DNA of 64,000 nt, from assembly GCA_964016885.1 (NCBI GenBank), contig OZ024758.1:23498001-23562000 (forward strand), in the 5' to 3' direction. This DNA comes from Eledone cirrhosa. Taxonomy: Eukaryota. A program made the translations under genes and the position numbers. Position 1 is the first letter of the stretch. Every line of letters starts with the position of its first letter. Below, in pieces: positions 40,703-53,686 of this stretch. The notes beneath the pieces were generated by a model. That model saw nothing but the letters and a program-made list of their open reading frames with translations, was not told the origin of the DNA and searched no databases.

Positions 40703-43630
40703 GTTAGGTTTAAGGCTGGGATATATTAGGTTTAAGGCTGGGATATATTAGGTTTAAGGCTGGGATATATATTAGGTTTAAGGCTGGGATATATATTAGG
40801 TTTAAGGCTGGGATATATTAGGTTTAAGGCTGGGATATATTAAGTTTAAGGCTGGGATATATATTAGTTTAAGGCTGGGATATATTAGGTTTAAGGCTGG
40901 GATATATATTAGGTTTAAGGCTGGGATATATTAGGTTTAAGGCTGGGATATATATTAGGTTTAAGGCTGGGATATATATTAGGTTTAAGGCTGGGATATA
41001 TATTAGGTTTAAGACTGGGATATATATTAGGTTTAAGGCTGGGATATATATTAGGTTTAAGGCTGGGATATATTAGGTTTAAGGCTGGGATATATATTAG
41101 GTTTAAGGCTGGGATATATATTAGGTTTAAGGCTGGGATATATATTAGGTTTAAGGCTGGGATATATATTAGGTTTAAGGTTGGGATATATATTAGGTTT
41201 AAGACTGGGATGTATATTAGGTTTAAGGCTGGGATATATATTAGGTTTAAGGCTGGGATATATATTAGGTTTAAGGTTGGGATATATTAGGTTTAAGGCT
41301 GGGACATATTAGGTTTAAGGCTGGGACATATTAGGTTTAAGGTTGGGATATATATTAGGTTTCAGGCTGGGATATATATTAGGTTTAAGGCTGGGATATA
41401 TATTAGATTTAAGATGGATATATATTAGGTTTAAGACTGGGATATATATTAGATTTAAGACTGGGATATATATTAGGTTTAAGGCTGGGATATATATTAA
41501 ATTTAAGGCTGGGATATATACTAGGTTTAAGACTGGGATATATATTAGAGTTAAGGCTGGGATATATTAGGTTTAAGGCTGGGATATATATTAAATTTAA
41601 GGCTGGGATATATATTAGGTTTAAGAATGGGATATATATTAGGTTTAAGGCTGGGATATATATTAGGTTTAAGGCTGGGATGTATATTAGGTTTAAGGCT
41701 GGGATATATATTAGGTTTAAGGCTGGGATATATATTAGGTTTAAGGCTGGGATATATATTAGGTTTAAGGCTGGGATATATATTAGGTTTAAGGCTGGGA
41801 TGTATATTAGGTTTAAGGCTGGGATGTATATTAGATTTAAGACTGAGGTATATTAGGTTTAAGGCTGGGATATATATTAGGTTTAAGGCTGGGATATATA
41901 TTAGGTTTAAGGCTGGGATGTATATTAGGTTTAAGGCTGGGATGTATATTAGATTGAAGACTGAGGTATATTAGGTTTAAGGCTGAGATGTATATTAGGT
42001 TTAAGGCTGGGATGTATATTAGGTTTAAGGCTGGGATGTATATTAGGTTTAAGGCTGGGATGTATATTAGGTTTAAGGCTGGGATGTATATTAGGTTTAA
42101 GGCTGGGATGTATATTAGATTTAAGACTGAGGTATATTAGGTTTAAGGCTGGGATGTATATTAGGTTTAAGGCTGAGATGTATATTAGATTTAAGACTGA
42201 GGTATATTAGATTTAAGGCTGGGATATATATTAGGTTTAAGGCTGGGATATATATTAGGTTTAAGGCTGGGATATATATTAGGTTTAAGGCTGGGATATA
42301 TATTAGATTTAAGACGGATATATATTAGGTTTAAGACTGGGATATATATTAGATTTAAGACTGGGATATATATTAGGTTTAAGGCTGGGATATATATTAA
42401 ATTTAAGGCTGGGATATATACTAGGTTTAAGACTGGGATATATATTAGAGTTAAGGCTGGGATATATTAGGTTTAAGGCTGGGATATATATTAGGTTTAA
42501 GGCTGGGATATATATTAGGTTTAAGAATGGGATATATACTAGGTTTAAGACTGGGATATATATTAAACTTAAGGCTGGGATATATATTAGATTTAAGACT
42601 GGGATATATATTAGGTTTAAGGCTGGGATATATATTAGGTTTAAGGCTGGGATGTATATTAGGTTTAAGGCTGGGATGTATATTAGATTTAAGACTGAGG
42701 TATATTAGGTTTAAGGCTGGGATATATATTAGGTTTAAGGCTGGGATATATATTAGGTTTAAGGCTGGGATGTATATTAGGTTTAAGGCTGGGATGTATA
42801 TTAGATTTAAGACTGAGGTATATTAGGTTTAAGGCTCAGATGTATATTAGGTTTAAGGCTGGGATGTATATTAGGTTTAAGGCTGGGATGTATATTAGGT
42901 TTAAGGCTGGGATGTATATTAGGTTTAAGGTTGGGATGTATATTAGGTTTAAGGCTGAGATGTATATTAGGTTTAAGGCTGGGATGTATATTAGGTTTAA
43001 GGCTGGGATGTATATTAGATTTAAGGCTGGGATATATATTAGGTTTAAGGCTGGGATGTATATTAGATTTAAGACTGAGGTATATTAGGTTTAAGGCTGG
43101 GGTGTATATTAGATTTAAGACTGAGGTATATTAGGTTTAAGGCTGGGATATATTAAGTTTAAGGCTGGGATATATATTAGGTTTAAGACTGAGGTATATT
43201 AGGTTTAAGGCTGGGATATATTAGGTTTAAGGCTGGGGTGTATATTAGATTTAAGACTGAGGTATATTAGGTTTAAGGCTGGGATATATTAGGTTTAAGG
43301 CTGGGATATATATTAGGTTTAAGACTGAGGTATATTAGGTTTAAGGCTGGGATATATTAGGTTTAAGGCTGGGATGTATTAGGTTTAAGGCTGGGATGTA
43401 TTAGGTTTAAGGCTGGGATATATTAGGTTTAAGGCTGGGATATATTAGGTTTAAGGCTGGGATATATTAGGTTTAAGGCTGGGATATATATTAGGTTTAA
43501 GACTGGGATGTATATTAGATTTAAGACTGGGATGTATTAGGTTTAAGACTGGGATGTATATTAGGTTTAAGGCTGGGATATATTAGGTTTAAGACTGGGA
43601 TGTATATTAGGTTTAAGGCTGGGATGTATA
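40703..43630. repeat. 22-24-bp satellite, about 2.9 kb (V0 d intron 5)
   Basis: Unit ttaggtttaaggctgggatatata, more than 120 copies; source of the LGYILGLR ORFs. Confidence 0.97.
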
Positions 43631-43869
43631 ATAATTTGAGGAAAAGTAAGACATTTTAATTTTAAAACATTTCACACACAAAACAAAATCATAATAATAT
43701 TATTCAATGAATAATTAACTATCCACAGTAACCAAGGTAGATGATACAACTGTAAAATAAACTCAAAATTGGAAGAAGAAAAAAAAAACGGGTTATAAAA
43801 TCAACAAAAATGAACCAAATATTAACTTTGTGACAACATTTTAAATGATATTTATTTTATATTTTTCAG

Positions 43870-44046
43870 TTTGAAGCTGACAGAAGAGCCTTTGTTATTA
43901 CCATTAATTCCTTTGGCACAGAACTAACCAAAGAAGACCGCGCTAAGTTGTACCCACGTTTGGGTAAACTCTACCCCGATGGCCTTAACATGTTGGGCAG
44001 AGCTGACGACTATGAACAAGTTCGGGCTGTTGCAGAATATTATGCA
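43870..44046 (+). CDS. ATP6V0D1: V0 d exon 6 ([38 protein letters not shown]...VAEYYA)
   Basis: ttttcag/gtaagt, 177 nt; conserved [16 protein letters not shown]. Confidence 0.97.
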
Positions 44047-44099
44047 GTAAGTATTTTTTGGATTTATTTTGTACTAGAATATATTTCAACATGCTGACG

Positions 44100-44604
44100 C
44101 GTATGTGTATATGTGTGTATGTGTCCATGTGTGTATGTGTATATGCATACATTTATGTGTATGAGTGTATCCATGTGTGTATGTGTATATGCATACGTTT
44201 GTGTGTATGTGTATATGCATACGTTTGTGTGTATGTGTATATGTGTGTCCATGTGTGTATCTGTATATGCATACATTTGTGTGTATGTGTATATGTGTGT
44301 CCATGTGTGTATGTACATATGCATACGTTTGTGTATGAGTGTATCCATGTGTGTATGTGTATATGCATACGTTTGTGTATATGTGTGTCCATGTGTGTAT
44401 GTGTATATGCATACATTTGTGTGTATGTGTATATGTGTGTCCATGTGTGTATGTGTGTCCATGTGTATATGTGTGTCCATGTGTGTATGTGTATATGTGT
44501 GTCCATGTGTGTATGTGTATATGTGTGTCCATGTGTGTATGTGTGTCCATGTGTGTATGTGTATATGTGTGTATGTGTATATGCATACGTTTGTGTATGA
44601 GTGT
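44100..44604. repeat. Compound (TG/TA) microsatellite-derived array
   Basis: gtgtatgtgtatatg/gtgtccat/gcatac motifs; explains the VCMC and THTH ORFs. Confidence 0.95.
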
Positions 44605-45171
44605 ACCATGCTTCCTGAGATTCGCCAACACTACACCTAATATTCCCCCTCCACACACGCACACATGTATATCATGACTCATGCACTGTTCACTTCCCTG
44701 ACATTTGTACATTATTCTATGTACTATACATGCACCTTTGATGAGTTGTAGTGCACCTGAGCACTGTACACAATAATTTCATTATTATTATTATAAATAT
44801 AAACCTGCAAACACGGGCACACTTACACAAATACACATTCACTGACATACATTCACACGTACACACACACATTCACACGTACACACAAACACACACACTC
44901 ATACATTTACTCAAATACTCATACACTCACACAGCATAGCAAATGGAACACCAGCTGCTGTTTTTCTATAGTTTCTTTCACCACTCCTTTCCTTCCTTTT
45001 ACACACACCCACAAAATAATGCATGCAAGATTTCACAGCTCTAGCATCACTCCTTTGTAGTCAGGCTATGAACTTTTCAGTCCACCCTCATATATAGACA
45101 TGAAAAATTAATCATATTCTGCTACAAATGTTTACAAGTCTGTATTTTCAATATTTCTATTATTTTTACAG

Positions 45172-45249
45172 GTGTACAAAGAATTATTTGAAGGTGTTGG
45201 AGTAAATGCTGGTGAAAAAACTCTAGAAGATCGCTTTTTTGAATATGAG
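45172..45249 (+). CDS. ATP6V0D1: V0 d exon 7 ([26 protein letters not shown])
   Basis: tttttacag/gtaaat, 78 nt. Confidence 0.96.
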
Positions 45250-46485
45250 GTAAATTACTTTTGAGCAAGGGTCTTCTTTGATTTAATGTCTTTTTAGATG
45301 TGTTTTTATCTTTTATTTAGTTTCTTCAGAATTTAATTAGATTAACAGCAATGTCTCAGACTGGGGACAAAGAAGGGAAGGTGAAAATTATATACAGTTA
45401 CACATAAAGTTTAGTATGCTAGAGAGTTGTGGTTATAACCCTTTAGCATTCGCATTACTCTATATTTACTATTGTATTTTTACAGAAAAGGATTTATCTC
45501 ACATAATATTGAATCTACGAGATTTTGATATCATTTATTTTGAGAATAATACCTTAACATTAGTATGAATGGCCAATTATGACCAGTTTGAACAGAAAAA
45601 GGTGAGAGATTTCTGGCCAGATATGGCCGGCTTAAGTGCTAAAGGGTTAAACAAAGGTTTAATACATCATCTATCAGTGATATTTCAACAATGGGTAGGT
45701 ATGTAGATGTATAATTTAGTATGCACCACTCTCCCTTCCACACACCTCCCACGTCCTAACACCTTACCTTTTCCAATTCCCAGGCTACATACATGCACCT
45801 TTCCCACCCCAGTCCCCAGTCCACATTGTATAGTGGTCATTTTTGGTGTCATGATAAAAAGCACCCATTCCACCCTGTAAATGTGGCTGGTATTAGGAAG
45901 AGCATTCAGCCGTAGATCCCAAGCCAGAAACAGTTCTGTATGAGCAAGGTACAGTCATCTGATGATGTGATTGATCTCACAACAGGACAACTCGTCTAAC
46001 CCATGCTAGTGTGGAAAAATGGACATTAACCCTTTAACATTTAAACTGGCTGTATCCGGCCAGCATTCTCTCACCTCTTTCTGTTAAAACCGGCTGTAAT
46101 CAGCTGCTCATATTGATGTTAAGGTATTCTAAAAAAAAATATCAAAATCTCATAGATTCAATATTATGTGAGATAAAGCCTTTACCACAAAATACAGTAG
46201 CATATATAGAGTAATGTAAATGCTAAAGGGTTAAACGGTGATGATGATGATGTATAATGTTTGAATGTTGTTGATGTTGAATGATATCAGGCTTTCAGTA
46301 ATGTATATTTCTACTTAACAGGATATACATACTGGATAGGAAATATTAAAGTTGCATGTTGTGGTTAGTCATGGTTACTGGGGAAGAAAAGCAACATTGG
46401 TTTTATAGGAGTGTGGTAGAGATAATAGGAGCTGGTTATTAATATATAGACATAAGAAAAAGAGTTAACTGATCTTTGATTTACC

Positions 46486-46548
<63 letters not shown>

Positions 46549-46590
46549 ATGATATTAAATAAATGGAAACTATATTTATAAAACCATATT

Positions 46591-46655
46591 TATTTTATTA
46601 TATATATTTCAAGGGTAACCAAGACAACATTGGTACGCTTTCATCAGATAAAATA
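46591..46655 (-). ncRNA. Hammerhead ribozyme, left arm of palindrome
   Basis: Reverse complement of the copy at 46757-46821. Confidence 0.78.
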
Positions 46656-46756
46656 CAAAGTTTGTTTTATAAATAGAGACATACCCATGAAAATCATACC
46701 TTATCGGTTAAGGTATGATTTTCATGGGTATGTCTCTATTTATAAAACAAACTTTG

Positions 46757-46821
46757 TATTTTATCTGATGAAAGCGTACCAATGTTGTCTTGGTTACCCT
46801 TGAAATATATATAATAAAATA
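46757..46821 (+). ncRNA. Hammerhead ribozyme, right arm of palindrome
   Basis: tattttat-CTGATGA-aagcgtaccaa..ttggttaccctt-GAAA-tatata-TA-ataaaata. Confidence 0.78.
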
Positions 46822-47348
46822 AATATGGTTTTATAAATATAGTTTCCATTTATTTAATATCATTGAATATTTACTCCAGTAACTTGTTGAGTGTTCTAAA
46901 TCAGTTATAAACATTTATGTTTGTCAGACTTCCAACAAATTAAATACTTCTACTTATATATATATATATATATATACTCGAATATGTGACCAAAAAGAAT
47001 CGATGGTAAAATGGTGGAGGGAGGTGGGGTTGGTTTATATAAGCCATCTGATCAATGTGTTGATTAGTTGCCTTAGTTTATAAATGGGGTTTAGATTTTT
47101 GCCCATTTCTCAAACATAAAATAAGGGGTAGTCAGCTTATATTCAAGTATATATGGTAGGGGGGTTGTCGGCTTATATACACCATCTAAACTATGTGTTG
47201 TCCCTTAGCTTGTAAATGGGGTTTGGATTTTTGCCCATTTCTCAGACGTAAAATAGAGAAGAGAGAGGCGGCTTATATTCAAGTATATAGATTGTGTCTA
47301 TCCAATTAATTTAAATGTTTTTTTTTCAATTGCCTCCTATAATTTCAG

Positions 47349-47510
47349 GTGAAACTGATGAGGAATGCCTTCATGCAACAATTTCAATATGGTGTCTTTT
47401 ACTCGTTCCTGAAACTCAAAGAACAAGAGTGTCGCAATATCATCTGGATTGCTGAGTGTGTAGCACAGCGCCACCGAGCCAAGATTGACAGTTACATTCC
47501 CATCTTCTGA
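47349..47510 (+). CDS. ATP6V0D1: V0 d exon 8, terminal ([53 protein letters not shown])
   Basis: tttcag acceptor, TGA at 47508-47510; the eight exons sum to 1050 nt = 349 aa plus stop. Confidence 0.97.
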   Translation: MKLMRNAFMQQFQYGVFYSFLKLKEQECRNIIWIAECVAQRHRAKIDSYIPIF

Positions 47511-49572
47511 AACCCTTGTAATCCTGTTGAAATTTAGTTGAAGACCAACCAACTGCTAATGTGTGTGTGTGTATATATATAAATATATATATATATTTTA
47601 ATGACATCATCTCGGAAGTTTTCTTTTCCTGTGCTTCCCTTGAATCAGAAGAAAATACGATAATGTATAATAATGATAATAAATTAAAAAGAAAAAATGA
47701 GAGAAGTGGGAAGAAGAACAAAAAAAAACAAAAACAAAAAAAAAACACAAGAACAAGTAAAATGAAAGGAATCAAACGATTAGAATAGTGAGATTTCAAA
47801 TCATTCTAGACTTCTGTAGCCAAAACTAGAGCTATGCTGAAATTGTCTGCTGTTTTTAGATTATGTTCATTGTTATTGCTGATTTTTTTTTTTCGTTCTT
47901 TTTTGTTTGTTTGTTTTCTTACCTGTTTCTGTCACTGCTCATAGTTACAAATTAGCAAGTGACATGTCTTACTGTTATTGTTGCAAGTGCCATATGATGG
48001 TACTGAGTTATTGATAAAAAGCTGGCAATCCAAATATGATTTGCAGTGGCAGTTGCTTTATTTAAATTCTAAATGACTTTATGTATATATATATATATAT
48101 TAAAAAAATGACCAAAAAAAAAACAAACATGCAAAAAGAAGAAAAAAATTCGATTTTAGTTTTCCAATGTGTCATTTACATAGATTTACCTTTTGGTGCA
48201 TTAATTTAGAGGGTAAAATTAAAGAATAAACTAATTTAATAAGTTAGAAGATATTTGGAATGGAATGTATCTGATATAATCACATGTTAAATGGGTAATA
48301 ACCATTTCTCTTAACTAAAATGTTATCTCCTAACATTTAAGCTGTCTAAAAAATATTTTCTTCATTAGAGAAATTCTGATGTCTACAGGGGTTAGCTCCC
48401 TTGATAATAATATAAATCAGATATTTTATTTTGCCTAGTTAGTTAATCATAAAATCTATTGACAAAGTACAATTTGTATTTGCTGAATATAATTTCAGTT
48501 GCATAAAAGTATTATCTATTTTGGTGCCTTTTAATTTGGCTTTCTTATTCTGGTCATTCTAATCCAAACTTAAACATTCCTTTTATCATTAAAAAAAAAT
48601 TGCCTGTAAATTATATTTCATTATTCAGATGTGTCTACTAATTTTATTTTAATATCATCTCTAATTTTAAAACGAAATAATAAAAGTTGATATGTCACAA
48701 TAGAACTCTAGCGTTAAGATTATTGCCAAAGTTATTCTAATTTTATTGATAGCTACAGAAATATATATATATAATACTGTAAACATGACTAATTCTTTCA
48801 GCAAGAATTTTGTACAATTGCAGAGTTAACCATTCAACTGCAATTATTTCAGCACAGTGCATGTTATTGGTGTGAAAAAAAAAATAACAAAAGTTATGTA
48901 TCTGAAATGTGATTGGTTTTTACCAATACATTACTGGTCTTGGCATATATAATTGTATTTTGTTGATCTGTGATTATTTTATCATCCTGTTATGATAGTC
49001 TTGTTGATATTTAGATAGAGTTGAAGAGGATTCTTTTTATCATTTCCTCATCATTATCTAAAACCAAAAAAATCAGCATTCCTGGATAAGTAACCTAAAT
49101 CTCTAATACATTCATCAAATAAATTTAATCATGACATGCTTTGAGGACAATGTTGGTCTGGTAACTTTTTTTTTTTTTTTTTTTTTTGCACTGAATGAAA
49201 GTTTAAGGTATATTCTTATAACTGTGAAGAAATATCTGAAGAAATATTGACTTTGAGGCAAATCCAAATGACATTGTATTTGTTTTGAATTTGTAACTGT
49301 TTTGCATGACACCAAGTATTTGTGGGTGTGTTAGAAATTGGGTCTTAAAACTATTGGATTGGTTGTTCTAATTGCATACTTTTAAAACCACATTCAAATG
49401 CTGTTGACTAAGATTGTTCTGGAAACATGTCTACCAAACATCTGATAAAAGATGCTTCACTGAAGAAATAAATAATGCTGACTTAACAGTGAATAATTTA
49501 ATTGGTTCTGTAAGAAAGTTCGTTTGTCACCATTTTATGCTCAATTGAAATACTTAAAACTTTCTTCTGAGT

Positions 49573-49610
<38 letters not shown>

Positions 49611-49885
49611 GAATATATGTATATATATATACACACACATGTATGTGAATACATATATGTATACATTTTATTCTGGGTGTGTGTGTGTATTTGTTAAATT
49701 AAATGATTAAAGTTATCTTTCTGTTTGTCAGAAAGTTGTTATAAAATTCAAAGTCATTTATTTTATTTTAAAAATTCCTTTTGTCTTCATATTAGGGAAA
49801 GAAGTACAGAAAAATCAGTGTGATGTAGACTTGTTTGAACTAGGGAGTTGTTTTTTGTAAAATAAAATATTGAAACTTAAACCTA
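47511..49885 (+). other. Putative long 3' UTR of V0 d with distal AATAAA (49861-49866)
   Basis: About 2.4 kb of AT/U-rich sequence with no recognisable transposon; ends at AATAAA followed by T-rich sequence; SINEs resume at ~49960. Confidence 0.55.
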
Positions 49886-50121
49886 AAAAACTCATTATTT
49901 GAATTATGCTTTTATTAAATTATTTTTCAAAATTACCAATAATGGTTTTTAATTTAGGCATTGGCAGTATCGGTAGAGCGTTGGACAACATGCTTTGCAG
50001 CATAGAGTTACGGCCTTGTACGTTCAGAGTTGAAATCTTGCTGAGGTTTGCTTTGCCTTTTATCCTTACCAGGTCGATAAAATAAAGTACCAGTAAGGCA
50101 CTGGAATCGATTTAAAATTAC

Positions 50122-50153
<32 letters not shown>

Positions 50154-50410
50154 TAAATGAAGCTTTTATATCTATAACTCTGAAGTGAAATAACTCTATG
50201 GTATAAATATGTGTGTGTGTGTGTATCCCGGGTTTAATTGGAGGTAACCACAGTAAGGTACTCAATACATAGCAGAGTATAAATATTTAATATAGAAATG
50301 GCTTCTACAGGACTAGAACTATTTCATTCGAAGGAAATCATCACGAAAGCCCTGACGATTTCCTTCGAATGAAACAGTTCTAGTCCTGTAGAAGCCATTT
50401 CTCTCTCTCT

Positions 50411-51308
50411 ATCATCGTCATTTAATGTCCATCTCCCACGCTAGTATGCGTTAGACAGGATTGTCTCATTTGAGGCAAGATTGGTCAGGTGACCGTGTCT
50501 TGTTCATATAGAACAGTATCTGGCAGGTTTTCTATGGCTGGATGCCCTTCCTAACACCAACCATATTTACAGTGTGGACTGGGAGCCTTTTTACTGTGTC
50601 TCCTACATGATCACTTTACAGTATGGACTGGGAGACTTTTTACTGTCTCCTACATGATCACTTTACAGTATGGACTGGGAGCCTTTTTACTGTGTCTCCT
50701 ACATGCTCACTTTACAGTATGGACTGGGAGACTTTTTACTGTGTTTCCTACATGATCACTTCACAGTATGGACTGGGAGCCTTTTTACTGTGTCTCCTAC
50801 ATGCTCACTTTACAGTATGGACTGGGAGACTTTTTACTGTGTTTCCTACATGATCACTTTACAGTATGGACTGGGAGACTTTTTACTGTGTTTCCTACAT
50901 GATCACTTTACAGTATGGACTGGGAGACTTTTTACTGTGTTTCCTACATGATCACTTTACAGTATGGACTGGGAGCCTTTTTACTGTCTCCTACATGCTC
51001 ACTTCACAGTATGGACTGGGAGCCTTTTTACTGTGTCTCCTACATGATCACTTTACAGTATGGATTGGGAGCCTTTTTACTGTGTCTCCTACATGATCAC
51101 TTTACAGTATGGACTGGGAGCCTTTTTACTGTGTCTGCTACATGCTCACTTTACAGTATGGACTGGGAGACTTTTTACTGTGTCTCCTACATGCTCACTT
51201 TACAGTATGGACTGGGAGACTTTACTGTGTCTCCTACATGCTCACTTTACAGTATGGACTGGGAGACTTTTTACTGTGTCTCCTACATGATCACTTTACA
51301 GTATGGAC
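50411..51308 (-). mobile_element. SINE A-related 3' part with 49-bp tandem expansion
   Basis: About 15 units of ttacagtatggactgggagactttttactgtgtttcctacatgatcact. Confidence 0.88.
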
Positions 51309-51414
51309 TATATATATCATTCATATCTCTACAACTCTGTAATGAAATAACTCTTATGACGATGCCTTGGATATTATATCTGTATATTCTATTGTGACTT
51401 TAAATTTAGTAGAC

Positions 51415-51763
51415 GTAAAGGTAAAAGTAAAGACCCTCTTCAGTCTCAAATGACCATGAGATTTGCACCTAGAAACTTTCCCTCTGAGGCACAAGTCTGG
51501 GCAAAGTTGTTTGTGGAAAACCAGTAGTCACCCATGTATACCAGTCTCCCTTCTCCATGCCATCGATGATGTCCAAGGGAAAGGCAATGGCTGATACAGC
51601 TTGACAACAGTAACATCGCAACTCATTTCTACAGCTGAGTGAACTGGAGCAATGTGAAATAAAGGTCTTGCTCAAGGACACAACGCATCACCCGGTCCAA
51701 GAATTGAACTCACAACCTTACGGTTGCAAGCCCAATGCTCTAACCACTAAGCCATGCCTTCAC
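51415..51763 (-). mobile_element. tRNA/CORE SINE with a third 3' domain and (TTTAC)n-like tail
   Basis: Head and CORE at 51625-51760 match family A; different body; gtaaaggtaaaagtaaag end. Confidence 0.78.
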
Positions 51764-52298
51764 AAAGTAAATACATACCTTATTAATACACTGAACTAAC
51801 TTCTTCTTGCTCTTACTTAACGAGGCCAGGGTCATCCTAAGCCAACAATCCCAAGGCCTAGTCCTGCGTAGAGGCAACCAGGTCTACCATCGCTCCCCAT
51901 CCCTGGCGGTCCGATGCCAGCTCCTCTGCATCCTCCAAGGTGATGTCGAGCATTGAACTAACTTCTATTCCTAATTTATTAGGATGTGGACTGTGATTTA
52001 TTTACATTAATGGAGTGAAGACACGAGCTTGATTCTTTTAGTAATAAATTTCAAAACGCCAAGTACCATTAGGAAAAAGTTGTAATACAAAACGGTAAGA
52101 GAGATGTAGTGTCTGAATACCTTTGAAGTTATTTATATTCAATTGTTTAAATATATCTAATGGGTTAAAGCACCTGGTCCGAATGGGAAATACAAGGCTC
52201 AATTCCTCATAGTGGCCAATGGCAACTTCTTTTTCCATCTTTAAGGGTAATCACTTTATTTTATAACATCTTCGTGCATGAGCACACCACTCTTTATA

Positions 52299-52451
52299 TT
52301 AACTTTATCCCCTCAGCACTTTGTAAAAGTCCAAGAGATCGGCTACATATATACAATATTTAAAATTATTATTTTAACTTTATCCCCTCAGCGCTTTGTA
52401 AAAGACCAAGAGATCGGCTACATATACACAATATTTAAAATCATTATTTTA
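52299..52451. repeat. 75-bp direct duplication
   Basis: ttaactttatcccctcagc...cggctacatat.. at 52299 and 52374. Confidence 0.9.
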
Positions 52452-52718
52452 ATTCAAGATGTCTGTTGGTGTGGAATAGAGGAAGTTGTAGTAATAACGC
52501 TGTCGCGATACTATAGGAGTTATGTCCCTTGCTTTAAAACTCTATGGAGCGTTGACTGTTTATTAAAAGAATGGGAAATATTCGTTAGCCGAACTAGAAA
52601 GAAATGTTAAATACAAGTAATACGTTTATACAATTTTTGATACACTATACCTTAAATAAGAAGTTTAATCCTAACTTCAGCACATGTTAGCATGGTAAAA
52701 TGGACGTTAAATGATGAT

Positions 52719-52751
<33 letters not shown>

Positions 52752-52815
52752 CGTAAGATAAGAAAATTATAAAATTATAAAAAGATTATAAAATTGACTT
52801 ACTTACTAAAATATC

Positions 52816-52897
52816 ACTTTCAACTAATTAGTTTCTGGAATGGAGTAAATATATTTTCCGAAGAACATATAGAAAAGCATTCCGTCGTCAGGAAAGT
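52816..52897 (-). ncRNA. Type I hammerhead ribozyme of a different family
   Basis: Minus: actttc-CTGACGA-cggaatg..cattcca-GAAA-ctaattag-TT-gaaagt; perfect 6-bp stem I and palindromic stem III. Confidence 0.7.
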
Positions 52898-53196
52898 CTC
52901 TTTTCATGTAAGTTTCCAGGCATAGCGAGGACTCTGGAAACTTATTAAAAAAATAATTCAGTGGATAGGAAATAGCGAAGCGTGGACTGAAATCCTTCAT
53001 CGATTAACGTCCATCTTTCACGCTAGCATGGGTTAGACGCGTTTGTTCCATTTAGAGGCAAGTTGGGTCAGGTGACCATATCTCGCTCATATAGGAGTAT
53101 TGCTAGCAGGTTTTCTACGGCTGGATGCCCTTCTTAACACTGACCATATTGACACTGTGTGCTGGGTGCTTTTTGCTGTCTTTTATACGTCATATA

Positions 53197-53686
53197 GGCA
53201 TACGTTAAGACAGGCGTTGCGGAAAGTGAAAGTAAATTTTTTGACAACAATGTGAATTTTTTTTTTTTTTTTTTTCACAATGAAAGTTACGATACACACG
53301 CAATTGTATGGATTTCTTAATATATATATATGTGTGGGTGTGTATATGTGTGTATATATGTGTGTACACTGTGAATTTGTTTGTTTATTTACAACAGGTC
53401 TCTATAGTGATATGGTGTTAATTAGTATTGCGTGTGTGATTATTTTTTCTTTAGATAGACGTTAAACGATGATGATGACACAAACACATATATATATATA
53501 CAAACGCACATATATATATACATACAGACACACATATATATACACACCCACACATATATATATATTAAGAAATCCATACAATTGCGTGTGTATCGTAACT
53601 TTTATTGTAAAAAAAAACAAAACAAATTCACATTGTTGTCAAAAAATTTACTTTCACTTTCCGCAACGCCCATCTTAACGTATGCC
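53197..53686. mobile_element. Non-autonomous DNA transposon, 9-bp TSD, long TIRs (Mutator/Merlin-like)
   Basis: TIR GGCATACGTTAAGA extending ~165 bp; TSD CGTCATATA on both sides. Confidence 0.87.

Noticed and set aside
41343-43134. LGYILGLR / YIRFKAG repeat ORFs
   Set aside because: Translation of the 24-bp satellite; frames break at 22-bp units
44058-44712. Cys/His-rich ORFs (also 13877-14210, 55908-57221, 61538-61933)
   Set aside because: Dinucleotide microsatellite translations
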